A stretch of 64,000 bases of DNA, taken from NCBI GenBank assembly GCA_965204875.1, contig OZ242020.1, positions 2,475,729-2,539,728 of the forward strand, in the 5' to 3' direction. Each line of letters opens with the position of its first letter. The stretch's first letter is position 1. The DNA is from Candidatus Aldehydirespirator sp. Lineage in GTDB: Bacteria > Actinomycetota > Acidimicrobiia > Acidimicrobiales > Aldehydirespiratoraceae. Of this stretch, positions 8,524 through 19,822 are shown piece after piece. A program made the translations under genes and the position numbers. Under the pieces are notes generated by a model. That model made no database searches. It was not told the DNA's origin and worked only from the letters and a program-made list of their open reading frames with translations.

Positions 8524-9132
8524 TCAAACGCCGTTCGCCTCGGGCGGCGGCACCCCGGCGACCGCGGCCGGCTCTCGCAGTTCCAAGAGCCGGCCGGCCA
8601 CGACGAGGCAGGCACGATCGGCCGACGCCGTGATCGCCTGGTTGACCGCGCCAAGCACGTCGCGGTAGGCGCGACCCAGCGGTGTGGTCGGGACGACACC
8701 GGAGCCGACCTCATTGGTGACCACGATCGAGAGGCCACTGCGGGCCCGAAGATCAATCCCCAACCGCCGAGCCTCGGCTGCGAGCACTGAGGCAACGTTC
8801 AGCGTTTGGCCGACCGGATCCCGCAGGTCGGTCTCGGCTCTGCCGCCCTGCGCGGCGAGCATGCGGTTCGCGACCCACATGGACAAGCAGTCGATGACGA
8901 TTGTTGTGTTGCCGTCGATGCCGTCGACGCAGCGCGCGATGTCCAGCGGCGCCTCGAGCGTCACCCACCCGTCGGGTCGTGCGGCTCGGTGAAGATCGAT
9001 GCGCGCCGACATCTCGGCATCCCCCGGCTCAGCCGTCGCGATGAACGCCACCTCCCTACCGGAGGATGCAGCCGCGGCGACGGCCGCTGTCGACTTGCCG
9101 CTGCGGGCGCCGCCAGTGAACACCGTCAGCAT
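8524..9132 (-). CDS. cobU: Bifunctional adenosylcobinamide kinase / adenosylcobinamide-phosphate guanylyltransferase
   Basis: MLTVFTGGARSGKST P-loop, and size and context next to cobT/cobS. Confidence 0.9.
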   Translation of the reverse strand: MLTVFTGGARSGKSTAAVAAAASSGREVAFIATAEPGDAEMSARIDLHRAARPDGWVTLEAPLDIARCVDGIDGNTTIVIDCLSMWVANRMLAAQGGRAETDLRDPVGQTLNVASVLAAEARRLGIDLRARSGLSIVVTNEVGSGVVPTTPLGRAYRDVLGAVNQAITASADRACLVVAGRLLELREPAAVAGVPPPEANGV

Positions 9133-9231
9133 CGGAGATCGGCTTCCTCGGGTGCCCTCGCACTCATGTCAAATGCCGGCCTCAGGCTAATCCTGGGTCA
9201 AGCCCGGCCGAAGCGCTGGGTTGGCCGGCTC

Positions 9232-11613
<2,382 letters not shown>

Positions 11614-12132
11614 CTAGCGGGCCGCCCTGCCTGCGGGACCGGCCGGCACCGGAGACTCGCCGCCGCTGTTGTCCCCGGCCGTCGCATGAGCGCCGACGGT
11701 GTCGGCGGGCGCGCCCAGGCAGTCGGGGCAGTGACCCCAGTAGATGACCTCGGCCTCGTCGATAGTAAAGCCGAAGTCGTCGTCGACGTCCAGGCACGGC
11801 CGGTACCCGGCGGCGCAATCGACGTCGACCATGCGGCCGCAGGCGCGGCAGACCAGATGGTGGTGGTTGTCGTCGACCCGGTCCTCGTAGCGCGCCGCCG
11901 AGCGCGCCGGCTGGATGCGCCGGATCAGGCCCTTCTCTGACAGCACGGCCAGGGCGTCGAACACCGCCTGCCGGGACACCGCCCCGATGGCGGCACGGAC
12001 GTCGTTGGCGAGATCGTCGGCCGTGGCGTGCGGTCGGGCCGACACGGCCCTCAACACAGCCAGCCGCTGAGCCGTCACCTGGATCTCGTGTGCCCTCAAC
12101 TTCTGCTCGAGCCGCCCGGCGTCCTTGGCCAT
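11614..12132 (-). CDS. furA: Fur-family peroxide-responsive regulator
   Basis: [10 protein letters not shown]...CPDC metal sites and a winged-helix N-terminus. It sits immediately upstream of katG, as in mycobacterial furA-katG. Confidence 0.85.
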   Translation of the reverse strand: MAKDAGRLEQKLRAHEIQVTAQRLAVLRAVSARPHATADDLANDVRAAIGAVSRQAVFDALAVLSEKGLIRRIQPARSAARYEDRVDDNHHHLVCRACGRMVDVDCAAGYRPCLDVDDDFGFTIDEAEVIYWGHCPDCLGAPADTVGAHATAGDNSGGESPVPAGPAGRAAR

Positions 12133-12138
12133 GCAGCC

Positions 12139-12177
12139 ACCATAGCACTATTCTGGATCAAATCAACAATTTGATTT
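12139..12177 (-). promoter_or_regulatory. Candidate leaderless furA promoter (-10 TATGGT) with AT-rich inverted repeat (possible FurA box)
   Basis: On the minus strand: AAATCAA-ATTG-TTGATTT (12177..12160), then TATGGT (12144..12139), 6 nt, then ATG (12132). This is the only AT-rich patch for several kb. It overlaps the selD stop codon. Confidence 0.4.
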
Positions 12178-13230
12178 TGTCTGGCTCCAGTTCGGTTCAC
12201 GCCTCAGGCGGATGCGGCCGGAGCCCTCGGTTGCCCGGCCGATCAGCGCGGCGTCATGCCCTGAGAGCCTCAACTCGGTGACAGCGGCCATGGCGGCCTC
12301 GGGGCTCACCATTCCCAGCAGCAGGCCGCCGGACGTCTGGGCGTCGGCCAGCAGGGTGACGGTCAGCTCGCCGGCGTCGCCGCTGTCGAGGTGCGGTGTC
12401 ACCCAGTCGAGGTTGCGCCCGGTTCCACCTGGCACGAAGCCGAGCGACGCCAGCTCGCGCGCACCCTCGATCACAGGCAGGTCGCGGGTGAAGAACTCCA
12501 GGTCGACGCCGGACTCCTGAGCCATGCGCAGGCCGTGGCCCAGCAGCCCGAAACCCGTCACGTCGGTGGCGGCGGTGGCGCCGTGGCGCAGGCCGGCGCC
12601 GGTCGCGGCCGCGTTGCTGCGGGTCATCTCGCCCACGGCTCGCTCGACCACGTCCGGGTGTGCCTCGCCCGCTTTGACGGCGGTCGTGATCACGCCCATG
12701 CCCAGGGGCTTGGTGAGCACCAGGGCGTTGCCGGGGTGCAGGCCGGCGTTGGTGAGCATGCGCGACGGGTCCACCTCGCCCAGCACAGCCATGCCGTACT
12801 TCGGCTCGGGATCGTCGACGGTATGGCCGCCACCGACCACGAAACCGCAGGCCCGGGCCGTGTCCTGCCCGCCGGCGAGCACCTCGGCCAGCAGGTCGCC
12901 GGGCAGTTCGGTGGAGTTCCACGCCACCAGGTTGAGCGCCAGCAGCGGCCGCCCGCCCATGGCGTACACGTCCGACACCGCGTTGGTGGCCGCCACCCTG
13001 CCCCAGGTGCGCGCATCGTCCACGACGGGGGTGATGAAGTCCGCGGTGAGCACCAGGGCACGCCCAGGGCCTATGCGCCACACGGCCGCGTCGTCGCCGG
13101 TGGAGTGGCCCACAAGCAACTCGGGCGGGGCATCGCCGGTGAGGCCGCGCACCACGTGCGCGAGCTCGCTAGGAGCGAGCTTGCAGCCTCAACCCGCGCC
13201 GTGGCTGAACTCGGTCAACCTTCTAGGCAT
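12163..13230 (-). CDS. selD: Selenide, water dikinase with in-frame UGA (selenocysteine at codon 14)
   Basis: ATG at 13230 gives MPRRLTEFSHGAG-UGA-GCKLAPSELAHVVRGL..., continuous with the 330-aa ORF of the track. The UGA (13191..13189) falls on the catalytic Cys/Sec of the SelD GAG(C/U)GCK motif. Hairpins follow the UGA. Confidence 0.85.
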
Positions 13231-13296
13231 CGCACTCACCCCCTCACGTCTCACGCTCCGGCTGAAGCCCCCGCAGGATAGGCACCCCCCGAAGCC

Positions 13297-14421
13297 GTGG
13301 CCGGGACGGCTCTGCTGCGACGGGCGCCGGATGCCCTGCGGGAGCGCCGGTATGGTGCTGCGGTGAGCGTTGATCCGCGCCTTGTCACCAGGGCCGGCGA
13401 GCTGTTCGGTGTGGACTACCCGATCGTGCAGACCGGCATGGGCTGGGTGGCCGGCCCGTCGCTGGTCGCCGGTGCCGCCGAGGCCGGAGCGCTCGGGATA
13501 CTCGCCTCGGCCACCATGACCCTCGACGAGATGGAAGCGGCCATCGCCGAGGTCAAATCCCGCACGGGCCGGCCCTTCGGCGTCAACCTGCGCCCCGACG
13601 CCGCCGACCTGGCTGATCGCGCCGACCGGCTGGTGAGCGCCGGGGTGCGGGTGGCCAGCTTCGCCGGACCCCCGGCCGCTCGGGTCGTGGCGCGGCTGCA
13701 GGAGGGCGGGGTGCTGGTGATGCCGACGGTGGGCGCCCGCCGCCACGCTCAGAAGATGGCCGAGCTCGGGGTGGATGCGGTGCTCTGCCAGGGCGCCGAG
13801 GGTGGCGGACACACCGGCAACATCCCCACGTCACTGCTGCTGCCGCAGGTGCTCGACGCGGTGGACGTCCCGGTGATCGCCGCCGGCGGGTTCCACGACG
13901 GTCGTGGCCTGGCCGCAGCGCTCGCCTGGGGGGCTGACGGCGTGGCCATGGGCACCCGGTTCCTGCTCACGGCCGACTCCAGGGTGCCCGACGCGGTGAA
14001 GTCCGTCTACCTCGCCACACCCGTGACCGGCACTGTGGTGTCGAGCCGGATCGACGGCAAGCCGCAGCGAGTGATCCGCACCGATCTCGTCGACTCGCTC
14101 GAATCGGCGGGCATCACCCGGCTCGCTCGGGCCGCTCTGAACGCTTGGCGCTTCCGCCGCCTCACAGGCACGAATGTTGCGGCCCTGTTGCGCGAGGGCC
14201 TGGCCATGAAGCGCAGCCAGGGACTCACCTGGAGCCAGACGGCGATGGCCGCCAACGCGCCGATGCTCACTAGAGCGACCATGGTTCTCGGTGACATCGA
14301 AGCCGGCATCCTGCCCACCGGCCAGTGCGTGGGCGTCGTGGACGACCTTCCGACCTGCGCGGAGCTCATCGACCGGATCGTGTCCGAGGCTGTCGCCGCA
14401 CTCGACCGCCTCAAGCCGTAG
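13297..14421 (+). CDS. Nitronate monooxygenase / FabK-like enoyl reductase family flavoprotein
   Basis: FGVDYPIVQTGMGWVAGPSLVAGAAEAGALGILA and the GAEGGGHTG motif. The start is uncertain (13297, or GTG 13363). Confidence 0.8.
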   Translation: MAGTALLRRAPDALRERRYGAAVSVDPRLVTRAGELFGVDYPIVQTGMGWVAGPSLVAGAAEAGALGILASATMTLDEMEAAIAEVKSRTGRPFGVNLRPDAADLADRADRLVSAGVRVASFAGPPAARVVARLQEGGVLVMPTVGARRHAQKMAELGVDAVLCQGAEGGGHTGNIPTSLLLPQVLDAVDVPVIAAGGFHDGRGLAAALAWGADGVAMGTRFLLTADSRVPDAVKSVYLATPVTGTVVSSRIDGKPQRVIRTDLVDSLESAGITRLARAALNAWRFRRLTGTNVAALLREGLAMKRSQGLTWSQTAMAANAPMLTRATMVLGDIEAGILPTGQCVGVVDDLPTCAELIDRIVSEAVAALDRLKP

Positions 14422-14496
14422 CGGCGCTCGCACCGCGCTCGTCGCCGACCTGCTCGCCTGGTTGGCGTCTCGCGTGTTGGTCGTGCTCGCCTATAG

Positions 14497-14685
14497 TGAC
14501 CCAGGCTGTCGTGAGCGAAGCCGGTGAGATCCCGGCACTGTCCCGCAACGGTGATGCCCCCTAGGGGGACGAGTCCGGTCGCCTCGCGTCCGCTGCATCG
14601 ATCCGATCCTCGAGGAAGGAGCGGCTCGTGCGGTGGGTCCTCCCGCTGCTCGGCGCTGAACTCGAGCAGAAGGGAGCAAACCCTG
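14497..14685 (+). promoter_or_regulatory. Cobalamin (B12) riboswitch leader
   Basis: Core GAAGCCGGTGAGAUCCCGGCACUGUCCCGCAACGGUGA (14517..14554), then a small hairpin CCCCCUAGGGGG and the B12-box-like GAGUCCGGUCGCCUCGC (14571..14587). A -10-like TATAGT lies at 14492..14497. A hairpin CUGCUCG-N10-CGAGCAG abuts the SD of the downstream gene. Confidence 0.75.
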
Positions 14686-15705
14686 ATGACCGACACCGCA
14701 ACACGGCGAGCCTCGCGACGGCGAACCTCGCGGCTACTCAAGCTGCTTGCACTCTTGCTCATTCCTGTGCTCGTTGCCGCTGCCTGCGGCGGCTCGGACG
14801 CCGAGGACGCCCGAGAGGAAGTAACGCCTGCCGCAGCGGCGCCCGCCAACGCTGCGGAGAGCGAGCACACCGTCGCTCCGGCCGACGCTGGGGATACCAA
14901 CCGCGCAGCGGCATCCGCCGGCACTGACGCTGCCCAGCGGATCGTGTCGATATCTCCGACAGGCACCGAGATGCTCTTCGCCATCGGTGCGGGCGATCGG
15001 GTCGTTGCTGTCGACCGGTTCTCCTACTTTCCCGAGGAAGCGCCGGTCACCGAACTGGACGGCTGGAACCCCAACATCGAGGCGATCGCCTCATACGAAC
15101 CCGACCTGGTGGTGCTGCAAACCAACGGCGACGTCATCGCCGCTCTCGAGGCGCTCGGCATAGCGGTGTTCGCACACGACGCCCCCGTCACCTTCGAGGA
15201 GGTGTACGCCCAGATCGAGCGACTCGGTGGCGTTACCGGCCACGACGATGGGGCCTCCAGGCTCGCCGCAGGCATGCGCTCCCGGATCGCCGAGCTAATC
15301 GCCGCCGCGCCCGACTCGCCGGGTCTCACCTACTATCACGAGCTCGACGACACCCTTTACAGCGTCACCGGCAGCACCTTCGTCGGGCAGGTCTACGCGC
15401 TGTTCGGCCTGGTCAACATCGCCGATCCCGCTGACGCCGACGGCAGCGCCTGGGGCTACCCGCAGCTGAGCGACGAGTACATAGTGGACGCCGACCCCGA
15501 CGTGATCTTCCTGGCCGACACGCTGTGTTGCGGCCAGAGCGCAGAGACGGTCGCCGAGCGCCCCGGCTGGGATCAGCTCAGCGCGGTGCAGGCAGGTCGC
15601 GTGGTCGAGCTCAATGACGACATCGCCTCGCGCTGGGGGCCTCGCCTCTTGGACTTCATCGCGTCCATCTCCGAGGTGGTCGCGTCCATCGGTGCCGCGG
15701 CTTAG
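14686..15705 (+). CDS. Cobalamin/siderophore-type ABC substrate-binding lipoprotein (BtuF-like)
   Basis: ATG 14686 follows SD AAGGGAG. The signal plus lipobox is LLALLLIPVLVAAAC, followed by a periplasmic binding protein fold type 2 pattern. It lies downstream of the B12 riboswitch. Confidence 0.8.
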   Translation: MTDTATRRASRRRTSRLLKLLALLLIPVLVAAACGGSDAEDAREEVTPAAAAPANAAESEHTVAPADAGDTNRAAASAGTDAAQRIVSISPTGTEMLFAIGAGDRVVAVDRFSYFPEEAPVTELDGWNPNIEAIASYEPDLVVLQTNGDVIAALEALGIAVFAHDAPVTFEEVYAQIERLGGVTGHDDGASRLAAGMRSRIAELIAAAPDSPGLTYYHELDDTLYSVTGSTFVGQVYALFGLVNIADPADADGSAWGYPQLSDEYIVDADPDVIFLADTLCCGQSAETVAERPGWDQLSAVQAGRVVELNDDIASRWGPRLLDFIASISEVVASIGAAA

Positions 15706-15897
15706 CAACTGTCACAAGTGGGCTGAAGTGCCGTCACACCCTCCATCGAACCGCCGGCAGGAGCCACGGCGCTGCCTGCCGGTGGCACCGAGCCGGTGGT
15801 GTCGGCTGCCATCGAACTATCGGCGGGAGCAATGCAGACCGAGGAGCGAGGCATCGCTGATTTGGTATCTGCCGCCGTCGAACTGCCGGCGCAGTCC

Positions 15898-16965
15898 ATG
15901 ACCGGTTCGTTACCGAGTGGCCGAGTGGACGCCTTGCCGCTGTCGGGGCTGCGACCGGGTCACCTCGCTGCGGGCGTCGTTGCGGTGTTGGTGGCGGTCA
16001 TCGCCGGGCTGACCATCGGGCCGGTCGACATCGCCGCGCACCGTGTCGTGCTCGAGTTGCTCGATGCGCTGCCCCTGGTGACATTCGATTCCGGCTTGAG
16101 CGGTGCGCACGCCGCCATCGTCAACGAGATCCGGCTGCCCCGCGTGGTGCTCGGCCTGCTGGTGGGCGCCACCCTGTCGCTCAGCGGTGCCACCTATCAG
16201 GGGGCGTTCCGCAACCCGCTGGCCGACCCGTACCTGCTGGGAATAGCCGCCGGCGCGGGACTCGGGGCGACGATTGCCATCACCAGCAACCTCGGCGACG
16301 GTGCCGGGGCTCTCGACGCCGTGCCGCTCGCCGCCTTCGCGGGCGCGCTGGCGTCGGTGGCCGTGTCATTTGCCGCCGGGCACATCGGCGGCCGCTCGAC
16401 GGCCTCGCTGATCCTCGCCGGCATTGCGGTGGCGAGCTTCCTCACGGCCTGCCAGACCTACGTGCTGCAGGCCAACAGCGACGCGTTCCGCAAGATCTTC
16501 GCCTGGATCCTGGGACGCATCGCCACCTCGGGATGGTCCGAGCCGGCGCTGATGCTGCCGTACTTCATCGTGATGGTGGCGGTGGTGCTGAGCTACCGCC
16601 GGGCCATCGACGTGCTCGCCGTCGGCGACGAGGAGGCGTCAGCGCTGGGGCTCAATCCCCGCAGGGTGCGCATGGTCGTGGTGCTCGCGGCGTCGCTCGG
16701 TGCGGCCGCGGCCGTGTCGGTCAGCGGGCTGATCGGCTTCGTCGGGATCATCGTGCCCCACACGGTGCGGCTCGCCTTCGGCTCGAGCAACCGGGCGGTG
16801 CTGCCCCTGTCGGTGCTCTTCGGCGGTGCCTTCATGGTGCTGGCCGACCTAGCGGCACGCACCGTGCTGGCGCCGGCCGAGCTGCCGATCGGCGTCGTGA
16901 CGGCGTTCCTGGGCGCACCGTTCTTCGTGCTGGTGCTGCGTACCAGCCGCCGGGAGATCTGGTGA
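15898..16965 (+). CDS. FecCD/BtuC-family ABC permease
   Basis: About 10 TM segments with LRLPRVVLGLLVGA...GLIGFVGIIVPH motifs. The start is ambiguous (ATG 15898, or ATG 15832 inside a repeat copy). Confidence 0.85.
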   Translation: MTGSLPSGRVDALPLSGLRPGHLAAGVVAVLVAVIAGLTIGPVDIAAHRVVLELLDALPLVTFDSGLSGAHAAIVNEIRLPRVVLGLLVGATLSLSGATYQGAFRNPLADPYLLGIAAGAGLGATIAITSNLGDGAGALDAVPLAAFAGALASVAVSFAAGHIGGRSTASLILAGIAVASFLTACQTYVLQANSDAFRKIFAWILGRIATSGWSEPALMLPYFIVMVAVVLSYRRAIDVLAVGDEEASALGLNPRRVRMVVVLAASLGAAAAVSVSGLIGFVGIIVPHTVRLAFGSSNRAVLPLSVLFGGAFMVLADLAARTVLAPAELPIGVVTAFLGAPFFVLVLRTSRREIW

Positions 16966-17762
16966 GGCAGGCGGTGACCGTGCGGTCGCTCGAGGTCGCC
17001 CTCAACGGCAACCAGGTGTTGCGCGGTGTCGATCTGGCGGTGCCGGCGGGGGAGTGGGTCAACGTCATCGGGCCGAACGGTGCCGGCAAGACGACGCTGC
17101 TGCGGGCACTGCTCGGGCTCGTGCCGTTCGGCGGGGAGATCGACATCGACGGGCTCCGCGACAGGCGGCGTGCTTCCAGGGCGCGCAAGCTGGCATATGT
17201 TCCGCAGACGCCGGCGACACCTCCGGGGATGCAGGTGGCCGACTATGTGCTGTTGGGACGCACTCCGCACCGGAGCCTCTTCACGGCCCCGACCCACGAC
17301 GACCGGAGCATCGCTGCGGAGGTGCTCCACCGTCTCGACCTGGGAAGCCTCGGCGCACGCACCGTGCAGTCGCTGTCGGGCGGGGAGCGCCAGCGGGCGG
17401 TCTTGGCGAGGGCGCTGGCGCAGCAGGCGGAGGTGCTGCTGCTGGACGAGCCCACCACCGCCCTCGATCTGGGCCATCAGCAGGATGTGCTCGATCTGGT
17501 GGACGCGCTGCGCCGCGAGCGCGGGCTCACCGTGATCGCCACGCTTCACGATCTGACCCTGGCGGCCCGCTACGGTGACCGCATCGCCATGCTTGCCGGC
17601 GGCCGCGTCGTCAAGATCGGAACGCCGACCGAGGTGCTGACGGTCGGCAACATCGCCGCACACTTCGGTGCCAGCGTGCGGATCATCGCCGATCCCGAGG
17701 GTCCCGTGATCGTGCCCACGACGGTCGCGGCCCACACCGAGGCCATCCGCTCATCGAACTAG
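16962..17762 (+). CDS. ABC transporter ATP-binding protein (BtuD/FepC-like)
   Basis: GTG 16962 overlaps the permease stop as GTGA. Motifs: GPNGAGKTTLL, LSGGERQR, LLLDEP. The 409-aa ORF in the track is an in-frame 5' over-extension. Confidence 0.9.
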   Translation: MRQAVTVRSLEVALNGNQVLRGVDLAVPAGEWVNVIGPNGAGKTTLLRALLGLVPFGGEIDIDGLRDRRRASRARKLAYVPQTPATPPGMQVADYVLLGRTPHRSLFTAPTHDDRSIAAEVLHRLDLGSLGARTVQSLSGGERQRAVLARALAQQAEVLLLDEPTTALDLGHQQDVLDLVDALRRERGLTVIATLHDLTLAARYGDRIAMLAGGRVVKIGTPTEVLTVGNIAAHFGASVRIIADPEGPVIVPTTVAAHTEAIRSSN

Positions 17763-17870
17763 AGGGTGGGCAAGCTCTGCGCCGGGCGCCGCGTCAACAC
17801 CCGCACACGCCCACCCGCAACAAGTCACCCCTCGCACACGGCCACCCGCTCAACGAACCAAGGGACCGCC

Positions 17871-18446
17871 ATGCCTGCAACGACCGACACTCCCCCCACC
17901 GAGGATCCTCGACCCGGCGGGATGCGCCCTGCCAAGAGCCTCGTGGTCGTCAACACCGGCGACGGCAAGGGCAAGTCCTCGGCCGCCTTCGGCACCGCCA
18001 TGCGGGCCCGGGCCCGCGGCTGGCCGGTGGCGGTCGTCCAGTTCCTCAAGTCCGAAGAATGGGTCACGGGCGAGCAGTTGATGGCGGCGCCGCTGGGCAT
18101 CGACTTCTGGTCGCTGGGCGAGGGCTTCACCTGGGACAGCGACGACCTGACCCGCGACCAGGCCGAGGCCCGAGAGGCATGGCGCCACGGCAGGGCCACA
18201 GTGGAGGCCGGGGCACATCGCCTGGTGGTGTTCGACGAGATCACCTATCCCCTCAACTGGGGCTGGATCGACGCCGGCGAGGTGGAGGCCACCTTTCGTG
18301 CCAGGCCAGAGCACGTGTCGCTGGTGTTGACAGGCCGCGACGCCCCCGAGTGGATGCTGGAGCTGGCCGACACGGCGACCGAGATGGTCAAGTTGAAGCA
18401 CGCCTACGACTCGGGCATCCTCGCCAAGAAGGGCCTCGACTACTGA
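17871..18446 (+). CDS. cobO: Cob(I)yrinic acid a,c-diamide adenosyltransferase
   Basis: VNTGDGKGKSSAAFG...VVQFLK...DEITYPL...KHAYDSGILAKKGLDY is characteristic of the CobO/BtuR family. Confidence 0.9.
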   Translation: MPATTDTPPTEDPRPGGMRPAKSLVVVNTGDGKGKSSAAFGTAMRARARGWPVAVVQFLKSEEWVTGEQLMAAPLGIDFWSLGEGFTWDSDDLTRDQAEAREAWRHGRATVEAGAHRLVVFDEITYPLNWGWIDAGEVEATFRARPEHVSLVLTGRDAPEWMLELADTATEMVKLKHAYDSGILAKKGLDY

Positions 18447-18521
18447 GTTCGGTGGACACCGGGCTCTGCAAACACCGCTGGTTCATGCGAACACCGCTGG
18501 TTCATGCTCTAGGTTCGTGTC

Positions 18522-19220
18522 ATGTGCGGTCGCTATGTGGCAGCCACCCCGCCCGACGAGCTGGCCCGCTACTTCGGGGCGCCGGCACCCGAGCCGGAGG
18601 ATTTTCTCGACCCCAACCACAACGTGGCGCCGACCCAGGCTGTGAACGTCGTGCGCGAGTTGGACGGCGCTCGCCGCCTCGACGTTCTGCGCTGGGGTCT
18701 CGTGCCGTTCTGGGCCAAGGACCCCAGGATCGGCAGCCGGATGATCAACGCCCGCGCCGAGACCGCCGCCACCAAGAACGCGTTCCGCCGGCCGCTGGCC
18801 AAGAGGCGCTGCATCATCCCCGTCGACGGGTTCTACGAGTGGCACCGCACGGAGGGCTCTAAGCGCAAGCAGCCCATGTTCATCAGCCGTCCCGACGGAG
18901 AGCCCTTCGCCTTCGCCGGGCTCTGGGAGGTCTGGCGCGATCCGAACAACCTCGACGTCGGCGGCGAGCCCCGCGAGCTGCATTCCTGCACCATCATCAC
19001 CTGCGCGGCCAACGAGGCCATGTCCGAGATCCACGAGCGCATGCCGGTGATGCTGGCGCCGAGCGCCTGGGACTTCTGGCTCGACCCCGCCAACACCGAC
19101 GCAGAGGCCGCGTCCGGGCTCCTCGTGCCCGCACCCTCAAGCCTGATCTGCATGCATCCGGTGTCAACCGAGGTCAACAACGCCCGCCACAACGGCCCCC
19201 ACCTGATCGCTCCCATCTGA
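18522..19220 (+). CDS. SOS-response-associated peptidase (SRAP/YedK, DUF159)
   Basis: The MCGRY N-terminus has the catalytic Cys2, followed by WGLVPFWAKD. The -10-like TAGGTT ends 6 nt before the ATG, suggesting a leaderless transcript. Confidence 0.9.
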   Translation: MCGRYVAATPPDELARYFGAPAPEPEDFLDPNHNVAPTQAVNVVRELDGARRLDVLRWGLVPFWAKDPRIGSRMINARAETAATKNAFRRPLAKRRCIIPVDGFYEWHRTEGSKRKQPMFISRPDGEPFAFAGLWEVWRDPNNLDVGGEPRELHSCTIITCAANEAMSEIHERMPVMLAPSAWDFWLDPANTDAEAASGLLVPAPSSLICMHPVSTEVNNARHNGPHLIAPI

Positions 19221-19231
19221 TCAAGCGCACC

Positions 19232-19252
19232 GAGCCGCCTAAACAGCGGCTC
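19232..19252 (+). terminator. Weak hairpin downstream of the SRAP gene
   Basis: GAGCCGC-CTAAACA-GCGGCTC, a 7-bp stem with no U tract. Confidence 0.3.
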
Positions 19253-19822
19253 ACGTTCTCGGCACGTGTCGGCTCCGGTTCTAGCGCCGAGGTACCCTCA
19301 GTGGTTAGTCCAACGAATACGACCATAGGGGAACCCAGTTGAGCCTTCGATCCGGTGACGAAGTGACCCTTGTGGGGCGGCTGCAGGAGCGCCATGTCGT
19401 TAGGCCGCGGTCCGGCGGACAGCCGTTCGTCAAGGCAACCTTGATCGTTGAGGATAGAGGTGAGCTAGGGCAGGCCGGTCGCTATCGCGATCGAACGGTA
19501 CCGCTGGTATGGTGGGATGCGGGGCGGGCTCCTGCCGAGGGTGCATCGGTGCAGGTGCAAGGCGCTGTGCGCGAGTACGACGGCACCCTTGAAGTTCATG
19601 TGAACTCCCATGCGATCAAGAGGACCGGACCTCCAGACGATCCGATAGCACGAGTCCTTGGGTACTATATCGAGTGTATTGAGGCGGAAGCGTCTGGAGA
19701 AGTTCGGTTTCCATTGGGCAGCACCAACTGTGTCAAACTTGTCAGTGGGCCAAGCTGGATACACGGCGCTCGTTATCTGCCGACCAACGACAATGTGGAT
19801 CGATGGTGCCGGCAAAGAAGAA

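Noticed and set aside
16533-16961. N-terminal 143 aa of the 409-aa ORF 16533..17762
   Set aside because: This is an in-frame over-extension running through the permease gene in another frame. GTG 16962, overlapping the permease stop as GTGA, gives a normal 266-aa ABC ATPase.
18489-18504. GAAC-N7-GTTC in each copy of the 19-bp tandem repeat as a LexA/SOS box for the SRAP gene
   Set aside because: The actinobacterial LexA box I know is TCGAAC-N4-GTTCGA. The spacing here is 7 nt, and the flanking TC/GA bases and inner palindrome are missing.
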